Assembly (NCBI GenBank): GCA_051294375.1 | Contig: CM119264.1 | Coordinates: 19,475,590 to 19,539,589 of the forward strand | Source: Paraspadella gotoi | Taxonomy: Eukaryota > Animalia > Chaetognatha | Direction: 5' to 3' | Length of the DNA: 64,000 nt | In this document: positions 12,701 through 26,695 of the stretch, in pieces | How the letters are laid out: each line of letters opens with the position of its first letter | Numbering within the stretch: the first letter of the stretch is position 1 | The notes under the pieces: generated by a model | Database searches by the model: none | Seen by the model: only the letters and a program-made list of their open reading frames with translations | Told to the model about the DNA's origin: nothing | Position numbers and translations under genes: made by a program

Positions 12701-15700
12701 CCATTCCCACCCCTCTCTGTTCGGCCTCTTAGATATTATGATTTTTCATTATTGACTTTCTAACAGGAATGATGTGTGATATCTATTAGTAAACTAGGAC
12801 AGATTGTAGATTGTAGTCTAACCTTGTGTTGTATAGATGCTCCCTCTATTTCCAGAAGACAACACTGACCTCCCCCTTCCAAAATGAGTTAATAAATATA
12901 ATATGCAATTTTTTTTAAAAAAAAGTAATATATATATAATTTTAAAAAATAGATCAAATAGTAAAACATTCATAAAATAAAAAAAAATAAGATAGTGAAA
13001 TAAGTAATTTTGCAAATTTTAATAAGAAAAACGATACTAGTATACTGACGAAAACTACTGAATCAATTTGAAAGCTGCCGACTATAATCGCCCCGATGAT
13101 GACAATTGCGACGACTACGACGACGACGACGACAACGAAGACGACAACGCCAGGATGGTTCTTTCATATCCTCACCTCGAGCGCGACGACGACGAGAACG
13201 ACGGCGGCGGCGGCGCTCCTCATATTTATGTTTGTTGTTATCATCTTTTGCTCATTTGTTTGTGGGAGAAATTTCAAAGGCGGCGTTCTCCTCCGCCGAC
13301 GGCGTCATGGCGACGATGGATCCCCTCTTTGGCGTCGGCAGGAAAGAGGCTGGGGGGTGTGAAAGAGAGGCGGTGGCGAGGGAAGATCTGAAAACCACGA
13401 AGGGCGAGAATTTGTAGCCGAAGAAGCGCCGTCGCACTTGCTGCAGCGCGACCGAGCACCTGCTGCAGAACGGAGTTGCACTTGCTGCAGAGTGGCAGGG
13501 TAATTTTTCGGGAATTCTAAAGCGTATAAAAGATCTTGGCAAATACAGTCTCTGTTAACGCGTCCGAGTTTGGGATGTTCGCGGCGGCGAAACGAAGCCA
13601 ACGTCGGGCGAAGGAATTCCACGAAAGGTCGAACTCTGACGAGGGATGTTGCACGACTTCGGGGAAGAGATCGAGTGGAGAGAGGGTTTGATCGGCGCGG
13701 CGGCGAGGAAAACGAAAAAACGGGAAACGTTTTTCAGCGACGCGAAACAAGGAAATTTAGAGCGTAAGAGGGAAATAGAAAGGTTTTTTATGCTCGGAGA
13801 TTGAGTAGGGTTTTTGGCTTTTTTTTATGCTTGAGGATTAAGGGTTTTTTATGTGACCGGGGTTTTTCTTTTCTGTTTGTTCCAACGAAATTGGCGGATA
13901 AATCCTTTCCACGCCAGATGGTATTACGTAGGTTTTACGTCACTGTTACGTCGATGGTCAAAAACACGTACGTCCGATTCCGTTAAGGATTTTATGTCCT
14001 GCGGCAATTGGTAATTCGCTTTCTTTCTTATCTCTATTCTCCAAATTGACTGTTTTTAGTTTTGTTTTTGTAGTCAAGCAAATTGTATATGAGGGAGTTT
14101 TTGTCTGCAAAAAAAAAATATTTACATTAATGAAAAAGAAATGTCAGTTTTCGATCCTATAATTTTTTTTATTTTATCAAGGATAAGCGATAACTTTTTT
14201 AATGTTTAAACATTCATATACATGGTAATAGATTATTTTCACTTTAACTTTAGTGACAGTAGGTCTACAAAACTGAATAGATTTCAGCAGCGAGTCCTTT
14301 CTTGATTGCACCCCGACCAAGCTAAGCTTAGCCTTCCTCGAACCCTCACAACTGAGTCCTTCTCGGCTTCGATGACGGAGTTCCTTCACGGACGAGCGAG
14401 AAAGACGATGCAAAAATTCTGCTGCGTCAAAGGAAGCGGAAGTCGCGGGGATTTTACGCCTCTGATCCGAGATGCGACGTGAGACGAAAGTAGATTGTCG
14501 AGACTCGGGAGGAAGGAGTTGGAGGCGAAACACGACGACGACCAAAACGCTTTGCGATTCGCAATAATTCTCATCGAGCTTCCTAGTAAAATTTCGACGA
14601 TCGACAGAAGAGTGAATAGACAATTAGACAATTAGACAATTAGACAATTAGACATTAGACAATGGACATTCAATGTACTACTTTGCTCCAACTGTAATAT
14701 AGAAAAATATAGTAGACTAAGTTGAGAAAATAAATGAATATGATGTAGAAGACGAAAATAGAGAAATAAATAAATAAAAAGTACGTAGGGGCTTGGACTA
14801 TATATCTTCAAGAGGATATTTGTGATACGAAAAAAGAGATAAATACATACTAATACAAAAATAGGCAAAATTTTGCGACGATTGGCGCGGATTATAAATT
14901 AATAATTAAATAAATAAATACTGAATAAAACATCGGCGCCGGTGTTTTGGAGTAGTGCCGATGACGGCTCGAACGGTGACGGCGGCATTCGCGTCGGCGT
15001 CGGCGATTTAAACGTTTTTTTCCGCTGAAGCGTCTACGCCCATTTCTCCTCCATCCGGCCGCGGAGTCGGGAGTCGGAGCCTCGTTTTTTATCTTTTGTT
15101 TCCGCGTTTCGCCGCCGCCACTGTAGATGGCAGCGCGATTCGTTTATTGTCGCCGTCTTTAGTCGTCTGTTTTTTTTCTTCTTCCTTTTTAAAAGTTTTA
15201 AAAAACGGAATATTCAATGCATACGTGAGTGGGTTGTGTTTCTCCCAATTATTTTTTATTCGTCGTAATTAACTATGAGTCTGACTTCAGTTTCAAGAAA
15301 TTTTAGCGCAATCAATATATTTCGTGGTGAAATAAAACGCGAGAGCACAATCGATGTAAAAATCCGGATTCTATGAGTTTTTGTAAATCACTTTTATTTT
15401 ATTCTATTTCTTATTCTATGTCTTGATCAAAAAAATTTAATCATATATCATATATCAAAACAAAAATAATATTGTTTTGATTTATAAAATATTTTTTGCA
15501 AATTCTAAAATATTATTAGTTCCGCAGTAACAGTTCAGTTTAAGCCCTTGAAAGTGATTTACATGTATTGGCGCAGCCACTAGTTTTTTTTCTCTTGCTT
15601 TTGGATACTTTTCATCCAATAAGTGAACAAATAAAGCGTTTAAATACTATCTGGCGCGTTAAAAGGTCAAACGGCGAAGAATATCTTTTTATTGTCCAGA

Positions 15701-17209
15701 TGTCATGCGATGGGCTGAAAAAAAACCAAAACAGACAAAAAAGGGTGAAAAAATAAGAAAGAAAACCACAAAAAATGGATATGGATTAGAAAAAAGAAAA
15801 AAAGCGTATCGTTGGAAGGTGGAAACCCAATCATTTTTTTTCGCTCGATGAAAAATTCACGACACGAGAGAAAGAGAAAGAGGGAGGGAAAGAAGGGGAG
15901 AGAATGAGGGAGAGAGAGAGCAGGAGAAAAAAAGGAAAGAGTTAGAGATAGTGATGGGGAAGGAATGAAGCGTATCATGGTATAGAGGGGAGAAAGGCGA
16001 GGCAAAAAAAGAATAAAAAAACAAAGAAATAACAATGAAAGATAGGTCGGTAAGTGAGGGGGCAGAAGAATAAGAGAAAACGAGGAGGAGAGGGCGTGGC
16101 GCTTGTGCTGAGAATGTGGAATCGTTTCCACTCAAATTGCCAAAAACAGTTTGGAACGCTTTTTTTTATCGACTTTTTAATCTTTGTAACCCCTGCAAAA
16201 TATCAGAGAACGTGCGAGAAGAACTAATTCGTGATAAGAGTGCATGAACTCAAATTAAAAAGTTAAAAAAGATAAATTACACATTTTTAAGCAAATTTGT
16301 TTTAATTTGTAAAAATGTTTAGGTTTTCATTTCATATCAAACATGATTAAAAAAACAGATATTTCAAATAATAATTTCGTGCGATTCTACCTTTAGCGAA
16401 GCGTGATCGGCCGTCCCGAGACTTCGCGCCGTTTGTTCCAGATAACAACCCGTTTTCTCATCTATTTTTCCGACACCTCATGTTTATTTGCTTCGCGTTT
16501 TTGAATTTATAATATTTAAGGGGAATGAGGAGGATGAAAAAAAAAACCGGACCATTAAGATGCAAAAAGGTTTTCCTCAAAACCTCTGCCTCCAAGGGAA
16601 AAGAAGAAAAAAAAAGAAAAAACTCAATTACCTCACCTAAAATAGGAATTAAGAGGAGAGACTCTGAATGTCGGACGAACGTCTGGTCGGGACCCGCCCA
16701 CTCTCTTTTTAATTACGAGGCCCCGGAATCCGTATCAGTGGCGCAGCTGTCTGTCTGTCATTGGCGAGGACGAAGCTCTATCATTGGTGCGGCCTTTATC
16801 AAAACGGTGAGGAACATGTACGCAAACTGAATGTATGTATTTTGTATGGGAATTGCTTGGATAAATTCAATTCAACCTATCTCAAATTGCGTGGAGAGTG
16901 AATCTTAAAAGCAGCCTTTATCAACGCCCTTTCATGGCATGCCATCGACCGGCGCGTTAAATCTTTATCATAAATGTCGACAAAGCGAATATCGGCTTTA
17001 AAATCCCAATAATCTCTTTAACAGCAAAAGATAAAGCTTCCTCTTTGAGAAAAGCGATCGACTAGCATTGGCCTCGAAAAGTCTCTATCATTGCCTGAGA
17101 CCATTTGGTGGGGATAAATCAGGATCTCACCTCCAGCAGAGGATTTTCAGTCTTCACCGATTAAGCGAGTGACCCGTCGATAGAGCTCAGGAGAATCGAG
17201 CGTCCGTTG

Positions 17210-17277
<68 letters not shown>

Positions 17278-17846
17278 TCCGAGCCAAATTAAAAAGGTTT
17301 TTAAATTCATTGCACAAGAAAAAAAAACTTTAAAAAGAATGAGAGGAGAAAAAGAACTCCCGAGCCAAGGTTTCGTTTTTGTTCGAATACTCGATACTTA
17401 ATTTCAACTCTGCAAAAAAGTATCGCGCAAGTTCGGAGAGGAAACGTCGAGAGGGCAAGGTCAGCGCCCGGCTCTCGATCCCGTTAATTATATTCTCTCT
17501 CGGCGCAAGTCAATGGTGGGCGTAATCTCTTTTACATTTTTTTTTCATTATTTTTTTTTGCAAATCTGACGAGAGGAAGAAAAAAATATGAGAAAAGGGT
17601 TGAGTCAAAAAGTTTTTCCGGTCGCCGTCATCGTCGCTTAGTTACGCATTTGTTCTCGCTTCTCATATGCTTTTCAATCATTTTTTTGAAAATAAAGCCT
17701 TTTTTGACGTTGTGCTGTCTCGTTTTTCCCTGAACTTAACACATTTGGCTGGTTATATTATGAATATAAAATGTATTTCTGTGTCTGTCTTTTTCTGTCT
17801 GTCTGTCTGTTGTCCGTCTCTTCACTTCTCTCTCTCTCTTCTCTCT

Positions 17847-17900
<54 letters not shown>

Positions 17901-18120
17901 TCTCTAGTTTCCTTCCATCCCCTGATCGAGTGTCCGATATCTCTAATTCAATTTCAACGAAACCCCTTATACCGTTTACATATCCATCGCTTATATTTAC
18001 TGATCCGTTGCTCCCCTTTTAACTGATTCTCTTATCCCCATTTTCCTTCCCTAACTTGACCAGCTATAGGCCGACCGTTTCCGCTTTCTGTATGCATTTT
18101 TAACTCAAGTGAATAGGAAT

Positions 18121-18191
<71 letters not shown>

Positions 18192-18289
18192 CTCTCTATC
18201 TCTCTCTCTTCTCTTTCTTCATTCACTAATTCACTCACAGACTATTTTTTCTTCCGTTCTTTCTCTATTTTTCTCTTTGCACTTAGGTT

Positions 18290-18375
<86 letters not shown>

Positions 18376-18828
18376 CCCTCCCCCATCCCTCCCTCCTTCC
18401 CTCTATCGACCTTTTTCTCTCCTTCTCCCTTGTCTCAACGGATGCATAATTTCCTTCTAGGTAGATTCCGATCATTGACTTTTTGGTTTATCATCCTCCC
18501 GCGTCTCTAAACCCCTTTTCCTCGGTTTATCATTGAATTCCTACCCAAACATGAGCTCGGCCTGGCGGTCATTCCGTAAGAGCGGCAAATTGACCGAGCA
18601 GTGATTTAATGCCATTGGCGCTGGATAAGACTGCATTAATATTGAGATTTTGAACAAGGGTTTCTTTTGTTCTTAGTACCTGATTGTTCTTGATCCATTT
18701 CATATAACCTCTTACATAATTTTTTTTTGGTTATTCCTTTCAATGCGCGTAAGATCGTAAGTTTACTAGCACCACTGATTTTTAAGCCGAAGCTGAAATG
18801 GAAGAATTTTCTCGAACCACTTACCAAT

Positions 18829-19077
18829 TTCTCCTTGCCCCACGACAGGCCGCGTGACAACCCCGAAGAAACATTGTATCCCAATCCCCCTCGCCTCACG
18901 AATCTCCCACTTTCGCCCCCGGGACATATCCCTTGGTCTCCAGCCGAGCCTAAAGTTCCAGACCAGAACCGCCGTTATATTCGCGCCACTGGACTCTCGT
19001 TGCTGAGCGGGTTGGTGTCTTTGGCAGTCCCATGGCAGGGGCAAGCAGTTTTGGGGTGTCTCAAAATCTCCTCAACA
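18829..19077 (-). other. GC-rich structured island, candidate solo LTR-like element (family G)
   Basis: Inverted cttgcccc...ggggcaag arms; minus strand starts TGTTG and has box-A-like TGGCGCGAA. Single copy, no PBS/TSD seen. Confidence 0.3.
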
Positions 19078-19531
19078 TCTACGATGATACGTACGAACCA
19101 CACAAGAGTAGATTTTGCCATCCTTTGCTTCATACAAAGAGAGTGGTAACAAAATTGTTTTCGTCTTGATACTAAATTACAAGAATACTTTTGTGAATTC
19201 GCTAAGATATACGAAGAATAAATAAAGCGTAAAGTGAAAGGGAAAATCAATTAGTGGGTTGGTTTGAGGAGGGGAGAAAAGCGAGAGAGTCGGCCGCGAC
19301 TTGGTGACGATAGGATGTCTGGGTCAAATTGATCAATTCTCATTGAGTCCTGAGAGGCTGTGTACTACACAATGTGTAGTGGGTAAATCTTTTGAGATCT
19401 CATCTGCTCAAAACTGTGAGGTTAAAAGACAAGGAATTGAAAATTAAATTTAAAAAATCTCACGCCATCTTAAAAACATTGTAAAATGTAATAAACGAGT
19501 TCCAGTTAGGAAGAATTGAGGGTTAAAGTTT

Positions 19532-20682
19532 AACAAGCTTGAGCGAACAATGTCGGATCTGCCCACGATCATTAGCGGTAATTAATTAATTAATAAATAC
19601 AAACTAATAAACTAAAATAATAATTTAATTAATAAATTAATTAATTTGATTTGAAATGTTTGTTTTTAGATCTTTTCGTCATTGACCATGACAGAAGCAA
19701 CGACGATGATGATGGCGACGACGATGATGGCAACGACGACAATAATGCCGATAACAACTTACTTTATTGATTGATTAATTGATTAAATAATTAATTAATT
19801 TATAAATAAATTGATTGATTGAATAATTAATTAAAGATAACTAAATAAATTAATTCATTGAATAATTAATTGATTGATTAATGAATAATGACTGATTAAT
19901 TAATTATTAACCAATTAATTGATTAATTAACTGATTAATTAATTAATTAATTAATACATTTTGCATTTACATTTAATATAAAAGGAAAAAGAAGCATAAT
20001 CAATTTTTTCCATTTAAACTCATTTCCACTGAAAGATATTTTGTTACCTTGCGTTGGGTCACTCTTTTTTAGTCATTTAGGTTGACCTTACCTAACCTTA
20101 TCTTTTCACCGTTCTAGTCGCTTTCTTGTGGCTTTCTTTCGGCCTATTCCATCAGAATCATTTTTAAAGATAAGATCGGCCGTCTGGAACCGTAGTTTTT
20201 ACAGATCCAAGGATTTATTACAAACATTTTTTCGACTTTTCATTGATTTGACATGGATTTATCTCTACAAAAATACAAATAATTCACAATTTATTCTACA
20301 TTTTTTGACGTTTTCTTTACGCTTTGAGATTTAGTAAAATACTACGAAATCCTTGCTCATTGTCAATATCTGTTCATTTTCTACACAGACGATTCTATCA
20401 AAACTTGATTTCCAGCTTATTCACACATTTTCCTACCCACACACAAAATTTCATTCCAATCCATCCCTCCAATCACGAGCAATTGGAGTTTTTTGCTAAG
20501 GTGGGACGAACGGACAGACGTACGGACCGACGGACATCGTTTTTTTTTTTGCATAATTTATGATAATTCGATGTTCTGACATAATATAAGTGAATGCCCG
20601 ACAAGATTGAGGGAGCGGACTGACGGACCGACAAAGTGAATTATAGAGTTGGGATCTGCTGATGAGCAGATCCGACTAAAAA
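19532..20682 (-). mobile_element. Family D HINE/DINE-1-like non-autonomous Helentron element
   Basis: Subterminal inverted repeat gtcggatctgc/gcagatccgac, terminal hairpin gatctgct-gatg-agcagatc, GTCY-type microsatellite (gacggacagacg), (TTAA)-rich core, T-rich ends; homologous to 55079-55922 and 60073-60617. Confidence 0.8.
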
Positions 20683-21887
20683 CGTTTCATATTCAAGGAT
20701 ACAAGGTGAAATTTAAAAATGTCTCTCAATTACATTTTTCTAATTCACTAATAAAAAAATTCATAAAAAATATCAGGATTGACTTTTTCCTTTGACCTGC
20801 AACTCTTCAGATAGGTTTTTTTTATTTTATAATTATATTATATTATATTATAATTTAAACTGATCTAAAATGGCGAAGAATTCATCAAATGTTTAAAGTG
20901 AGTATATTTTCGAAATCGCCAGGAGCTCAGCTTTTTGAATCTGTATTGGAGCTTATCCATTCGGGCTTATTTTTAAGTTGATTTCAATGACCTTTTTTCT
21001 TCACCAATTATTTAAAACAAATTATAATTACGCTTCTATTATATTTTTTGAGAAATTTTTAACATATTTTTTTGAATACGTCTTTTTATTGAGAGATTTT
21101 TCTACTATAATCGGGTGGGAACAAAAAAATCGGAATACGATTTTGTTCTTTATTCCTAACCAAATGTTCAATACTTCAACGACAACATCTCTTTAGAAAA
21201 CCGATATGAAAAAGAATTTGAACAAAACATAAGGAAAGTAAATGAAAGATATCTTTTACACTTAGTACGAGTACGGCGCAGATTTTGGGAGAGTTAACGC
21301 TTGTGGCGTTTGTGGCGTTTGTGGCGCGTCCCTCGTAATCTCGTCCCTTATGTCCAGAGGTAGTTAGTAAAATCACAGGGAGAGAAAAAAGTTGGGAAGA
21401 AAAGAAGAAAGAAAGAAAGAACGAAAGAAAGAAAGAAAGTACGAAATGAATAAATAAATAAATATAAATAAATAAATAAATAATAATAAATAAATAATAA
21501 TAAATAAATAGTAATAAATAAATAATAATAAATAAATAATAAGAGAAAGAAAGAAAGATCGAAGAAAAAATAAGTGAAAGGGAGAGAGAGTTAAATTGAG
21601 ACAGAACAGAAGAGAGAAAATAAAAAAGGGCGTTGGCGTCATGGAGTCTTGTTTAGGAGTCGTTGAGCTGGAAAACGCGAAACCGGTCGCAGAGGGAATC
21701 GCCGGAGGGCGCTGTGTCTCGTGGAGATTAGAAGTAAATTGAATTAACTATCGAAACAATACGAACGATTATTATTGAGATGTGTCAAAAATGTTCAAAA
21801 AATAAAATTTTGAATAATAAAGAATTTGGTTACGTTTCTTATTTATTAAGACTTAGGTTAAGGTTTTATTTATCGGATTATAACACA

Positions 21888-22545
21888 TGAAGAGACAGTT
21901 ATTATTGTTATGTGTTAGTGACAGAACCGTTCAATATAAGCAGTCCCTGAGCTTCGGATCAGGCTGTAAGACCATGTTACAGACGGGTTAAGCGCCCCGT
22001 CCCTCTTAACTGCAAGGCGGCCACGGGGCTAGAATCCCGGACCTTTGGGTTGGGAGGCGAATGACTTGCCTCCGGCACCAATGGCCACTGATGAATGGTT
22101 GGTGGATTTTAGTCCTACATACATGCCCCCCTCCCGTAGGGAGAAGTCTGTTGCACTCTTAGTGATTGTTGTTTGGTGGAAATGTACGTCAAAGTTTAGG
22201 CATGTGCCTGATTGTGTTGTTGGCGGAACGTGGCATCACCAGGTTTGACCGGGCTGCGCCTTGCAAAGTAGTGTACTTGCTTGTTGTGTCGGAAGTCGGG
22301 CTACCAATGAAGAGACAGTGATTATTGTTACGTGTTTACTAGAACAGAACGTTAATATAATCAGTCCTGAGCTTCGGATCAGGCTGTAAGACCATGTTAC
22401 AGGACGCGGGTTAAGCGCCCGTCCCTCTTAACTGCTAGGGCGGCCACGGGCTGAACGAGCGTAAGCATTGGTCGGGGGCGAATGACTTGCCTCCGGCACC
22501 AATGGACGCTGATGAAAGGGTTGGTGGATTTTAGTCCACCATACA
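21888..22545 (-). mobile_element. Family A TRIM, full-length copy A2
   Basis: LTRs 21888-22123 and 22308-22545 (TG...ACA on +); PBS and PPT positioned as in A1; right LTR is indel-rich; no TSD seen. Confidence 0.85.
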
Positions 22546-23428
22546 CCTTATATTACATATCTTTTATTAGTTCAATAGGATTTCTAATATTTTCCTGATT
22601 AATTTAAGTTTTTAAGCAATTAACCATGTAATATTAATAAGATGTATAAAACTCTTCTTACAAAAACCAACATAACTTTAAATTTATCTTCAAAAAATCG
22701 AGTAGAAAATATGAAACTATTGTAGCTATTAAATAATCTAAACCAGTTTTATACGTTATTTTATTTGGCTCATAGCTCATACGCTTTATCAGAGCTCAAC
22801 CTATTGTAGCAGTTTCTAAGTAGATTTTATGCATTTTATCAATGGCAAGAACCGTGATGCCATTCTGTTTATTTATCGCATCAAAGGGCGAGACAATGAC
22901 GCTATTCAATTTGCCACGTGAGTGGAAAGTGCAATCTCGACGTCGACGACGACGATGACGCTTGGCCTTTAAAGCGATGGGGCGCCCTTTTGAGATTCCG
23001 GTTTAAAAAAAATGCGGGTGGGCAACAAATTTCAGGCCGTTAAAATTATATCGTATAAATAAATTCGGGGATGCTTTTAAAAGCCCCCGGTCGATGCTCT
23101 ATCTCCTTCCTACGCGGCGTTCGTCGCTTTAAAAAATGGGTTAATCCGACGCGCCGTTAAAAAGTTGAGGGGATTCCTTTCTCGCCACATGTAGAAGGTG
23201 ACTCAAAATGTTTATGGTGTCAAGACGAAGCTTCGAAGGGAATGGAGCTTAGACGCTGGCGGGACTATCCGAGTAACAAGGACGCATTTAAACTAAGTGA
23301 CATGAAACGCGTGGAGATTCAACTGGGGAAAGATAGAGAAAGACGATTCGCGATCTGGTTGGGGACGTAAAAGATAGGAAAGTGAAAGATAGGGATTCGT
23401 GGTGAAGGAGTTAGAAGAGAAGAAGGAG

Positions 23429-23565
<137 letters not shown>

Positions 23566-26172
23566 TAGAGAGAAAGAGAGATTACGTTTAGGGAATTGGG
23601 AGAAAACGAGGGGTTTTTTTCGTGAAAAAAAGTTTTGTTGTTCGATCTGAGGAAGAAAAGCGCGAAGAAGCAAAAAAAGGAGAATTCCTCGCGGGAAAAG
23701 CCACTCAAAGGCATCGAAGAGGTGAATGCCATCAGAGGAGGAGAAAGAAAATTGCGAAAGGAATTTTTTAGAATTAGTGGCAGGCTTAATTTCTCTTTAA
23801 TACCTTTCTATCTTGATTGATTCACCTCCTCGTGAAAGGGTTGGAATTTCTCCCGCTCCTTATTTGTCACTTTTTTCCTTTTGTTATCCTTCCTTTTGAT
23901 GTGTTACTGTTTCTTTCGTTGTTTTATTATCATTTCGTTTTATTATCGTTTTGTTATCATTTCTTTTCTTTCGTAAGTGTCTATTTCTATTTTTATCTAT
24001 AAATGACTGTATAATACAGTGTATATTATAGCCTAATAAAAAAGAAAGTTCGTAATATATACTGTATATCAGTAAAAATTTGTTTGTTTGTTGAAATTGC
24101 CTCGTATTTTTGTGTAAATTTTTGCCGGTACAATCATTTCATGATTTTCTTTAGGGAAGTCGAACGTTTTTTGATCAAAACTAATGTATATTTAAATTAA
24201 CTTTATCCTATTTTATGAAGTTCAAAACTCTATTAAAATTCTCGAATGTCAGTTACAGAAAATGTGTCGAGCTTTTTTCTCTATTTTGATTGAAAAAGCG
24301 ACAGAGAGAAAGGGGGAAGGGAGAAGCAATGAAACGATGAGCAAATGAAAAGATGAAATTACGTCTTTTCATTTCCGCAAAAGATCATTTTCCGGACCAG
24401 CGGTGGCGACAACGACGACGACGACGACGACAACGCTGAGGAGAAGATGACGAAAAAACGACGACTGCGGCGACGACAAATAGGGCGAGAAAGACGACAA
24501 CAACAACACCTTCAAGATCAATCTTTCTCAAATTCACTTTTTTTTCTTCTTCCTCCTTTAGTTTCTCAAAAAAAAAGGCGTTTTTTTACTAAGTCTTTAT
24601 CATCTTAATGAAATTTCGACGGCGTGGAACTAGACGGCCGATATTCAATGAAGAGCGTCTTAGTCTGAAGGGCACACTTGAATTACAGGGCCATTTAAAT
24701 TATAACTTTTAAGTAATCAACATTTAACATTCAATGTTTAACATTTAACATGGTGAATGAGCAAACAAATAATAATCTAGGGATGATATCGTTTCATGTT
24801 TTGGCTGTATCCTTAAACAGCCTTGTGTAAGGTGGCTAATGACACATGACACATGACCGCAATAACGTTTGGGAAGTTGGTAACACAGGCGGTAATATAC
24901 GTTGGACCATGGGTTTGGGTTTACGTTTAGAGCCCGCCCGGAGCAGATCAGCGACGGCGTTGAGACACCCAGCGCCCTAGGCGTACCCGAAAAGCTCTTT
25001 CAAACTCAACACTGCTATAATGAAAAAAATGGTCTTTTTTATCTCTCAAATCTTTAACCACATTTAAAGCAACTATAATTTAAATCCACTGGTGTCATTA
25101 GTAATTTTTTTAACTATGAAATACATCGAATTTTTTTGTGAACGCAATTAAAGCGAAAAATATCAGGTACCGACCTATGTTTTATATTAATTAAAAAACA
25201 CTAAATAAAAGAGGAAGCTACGCTATTGCGCGTAATTAAATGAAATCTAGGATTCTGTGGCAAACCCCGCAAAACCCTTTGAACCGTAACTCGTTAATTA
25301 ACATTATACTTATACATTAGACAGTCGTTCTGCACCTTACATATTTACAACAATTAATCTTCATCGCAGTAATTTTTAAAGGGGTGTCCGACTGGGAACG
25401 AAAGAAGCCAGCCGGCTTCACCCAAGCCACGCTTTGGAGAAACCCGAAACCCCGTCGAGGGAAATGGGTGAGGAATCGGAGAGGAATTCATTTATTTCGC
25501 TAACGCAAAATCGCATTAGGCGGAAGGCGATAGTTAGACGTCGAGTATAACAACTTTTTTTCCCTAAAAGCAAAGCTTGATAATATTCTTGATCATAACC
25601 GAGTTAAACCTAGTTTTGGAAAAACGTCAGCCTCTAAACAAAAAAAACATTCAGCGCTTTGTCGAAGTTTTCGTCGCTTTGTTCATGTTGAACAATAGAA
25701 AAACTTGGCCTTTGATATATAACGGCGAATTTTCCAGAGCAGACGACGACGACGTTTCTGATGTTAATGTATAAAAGAGTCGATGATATAATTACTGTCG
25801 TGAGGCTGAAATATTTTAAACTTTAGATTTCGTAATGATAACAAAGTGAGAAAAAGAAAAAAGTAAAATAAAGAGAGAGAAATATGGATAAAATAAAAAA
25901 GAGAGAGAGAGAAAGAGAAGAGAGAAGATGTTCAGACGATTTAGATAAGACAGAGAGAGACGAGACGAGAGAGAGAAGAGAAAAAGAGGAGAGTAGTGAT
26001 GCAAAGAAACAAAGAGAGAGAGAGAGAGAGAGAAAGAGAGACACCGAGAGCAGAGGAGAGAGAGAGAGAAAGAGAGAAGAGAGAGAGTGATGCAAAGAAA
26101 ACAATAAGAGGAGAGAGAGGAGAAGATGAGTAGAGGAAGGAGCAGAGAGAAGAGGAGGAAAGAAAGAGAGAG

Positions 26173-26214
<42 letters not shown>

Positions 26215-26695
26215 GGAAAATAAAAGCGTAGAAGGCGAGGTAGAAATCCGTACTTGGAGAGACGCCGACTAATCCGAATCACAAACGAACAAGAAAAAGT
26301 CGTAAAAGAAAAATCTACGCGGATGAAAAAAAGGCACATCTCGTGCAGAAAAAAGGAAACGAACCTAAAAAAAAGGGGAAAAAAAAGGGAGGAAAATATA
26401 AAACGCGACTCGCGAATCCAAGAGAAGAGCGAGCGCGACGAACCTGGATATGGAATGCCGGAAGTTGAGGAGGAGGAGGAGGAAGAGGAGGCCGAGGAGG
26501 AGGAAGAAGAGTAGTAAGAGGAGGAGGAAGAGAATAGAAAAAGAGGAGGAAAAGTCGGAGGGAAAGGAGAGGAAAAAGTGTGAGGGTCATGGAGTAGGAA
26601 AGGAAAGACAAGACTTTAAGTTGGACTACGAAAACTGAAAAACTTTAATTTTAAACCAAACCTTGATGCACTAAGATTGTAATATAAATATACCA

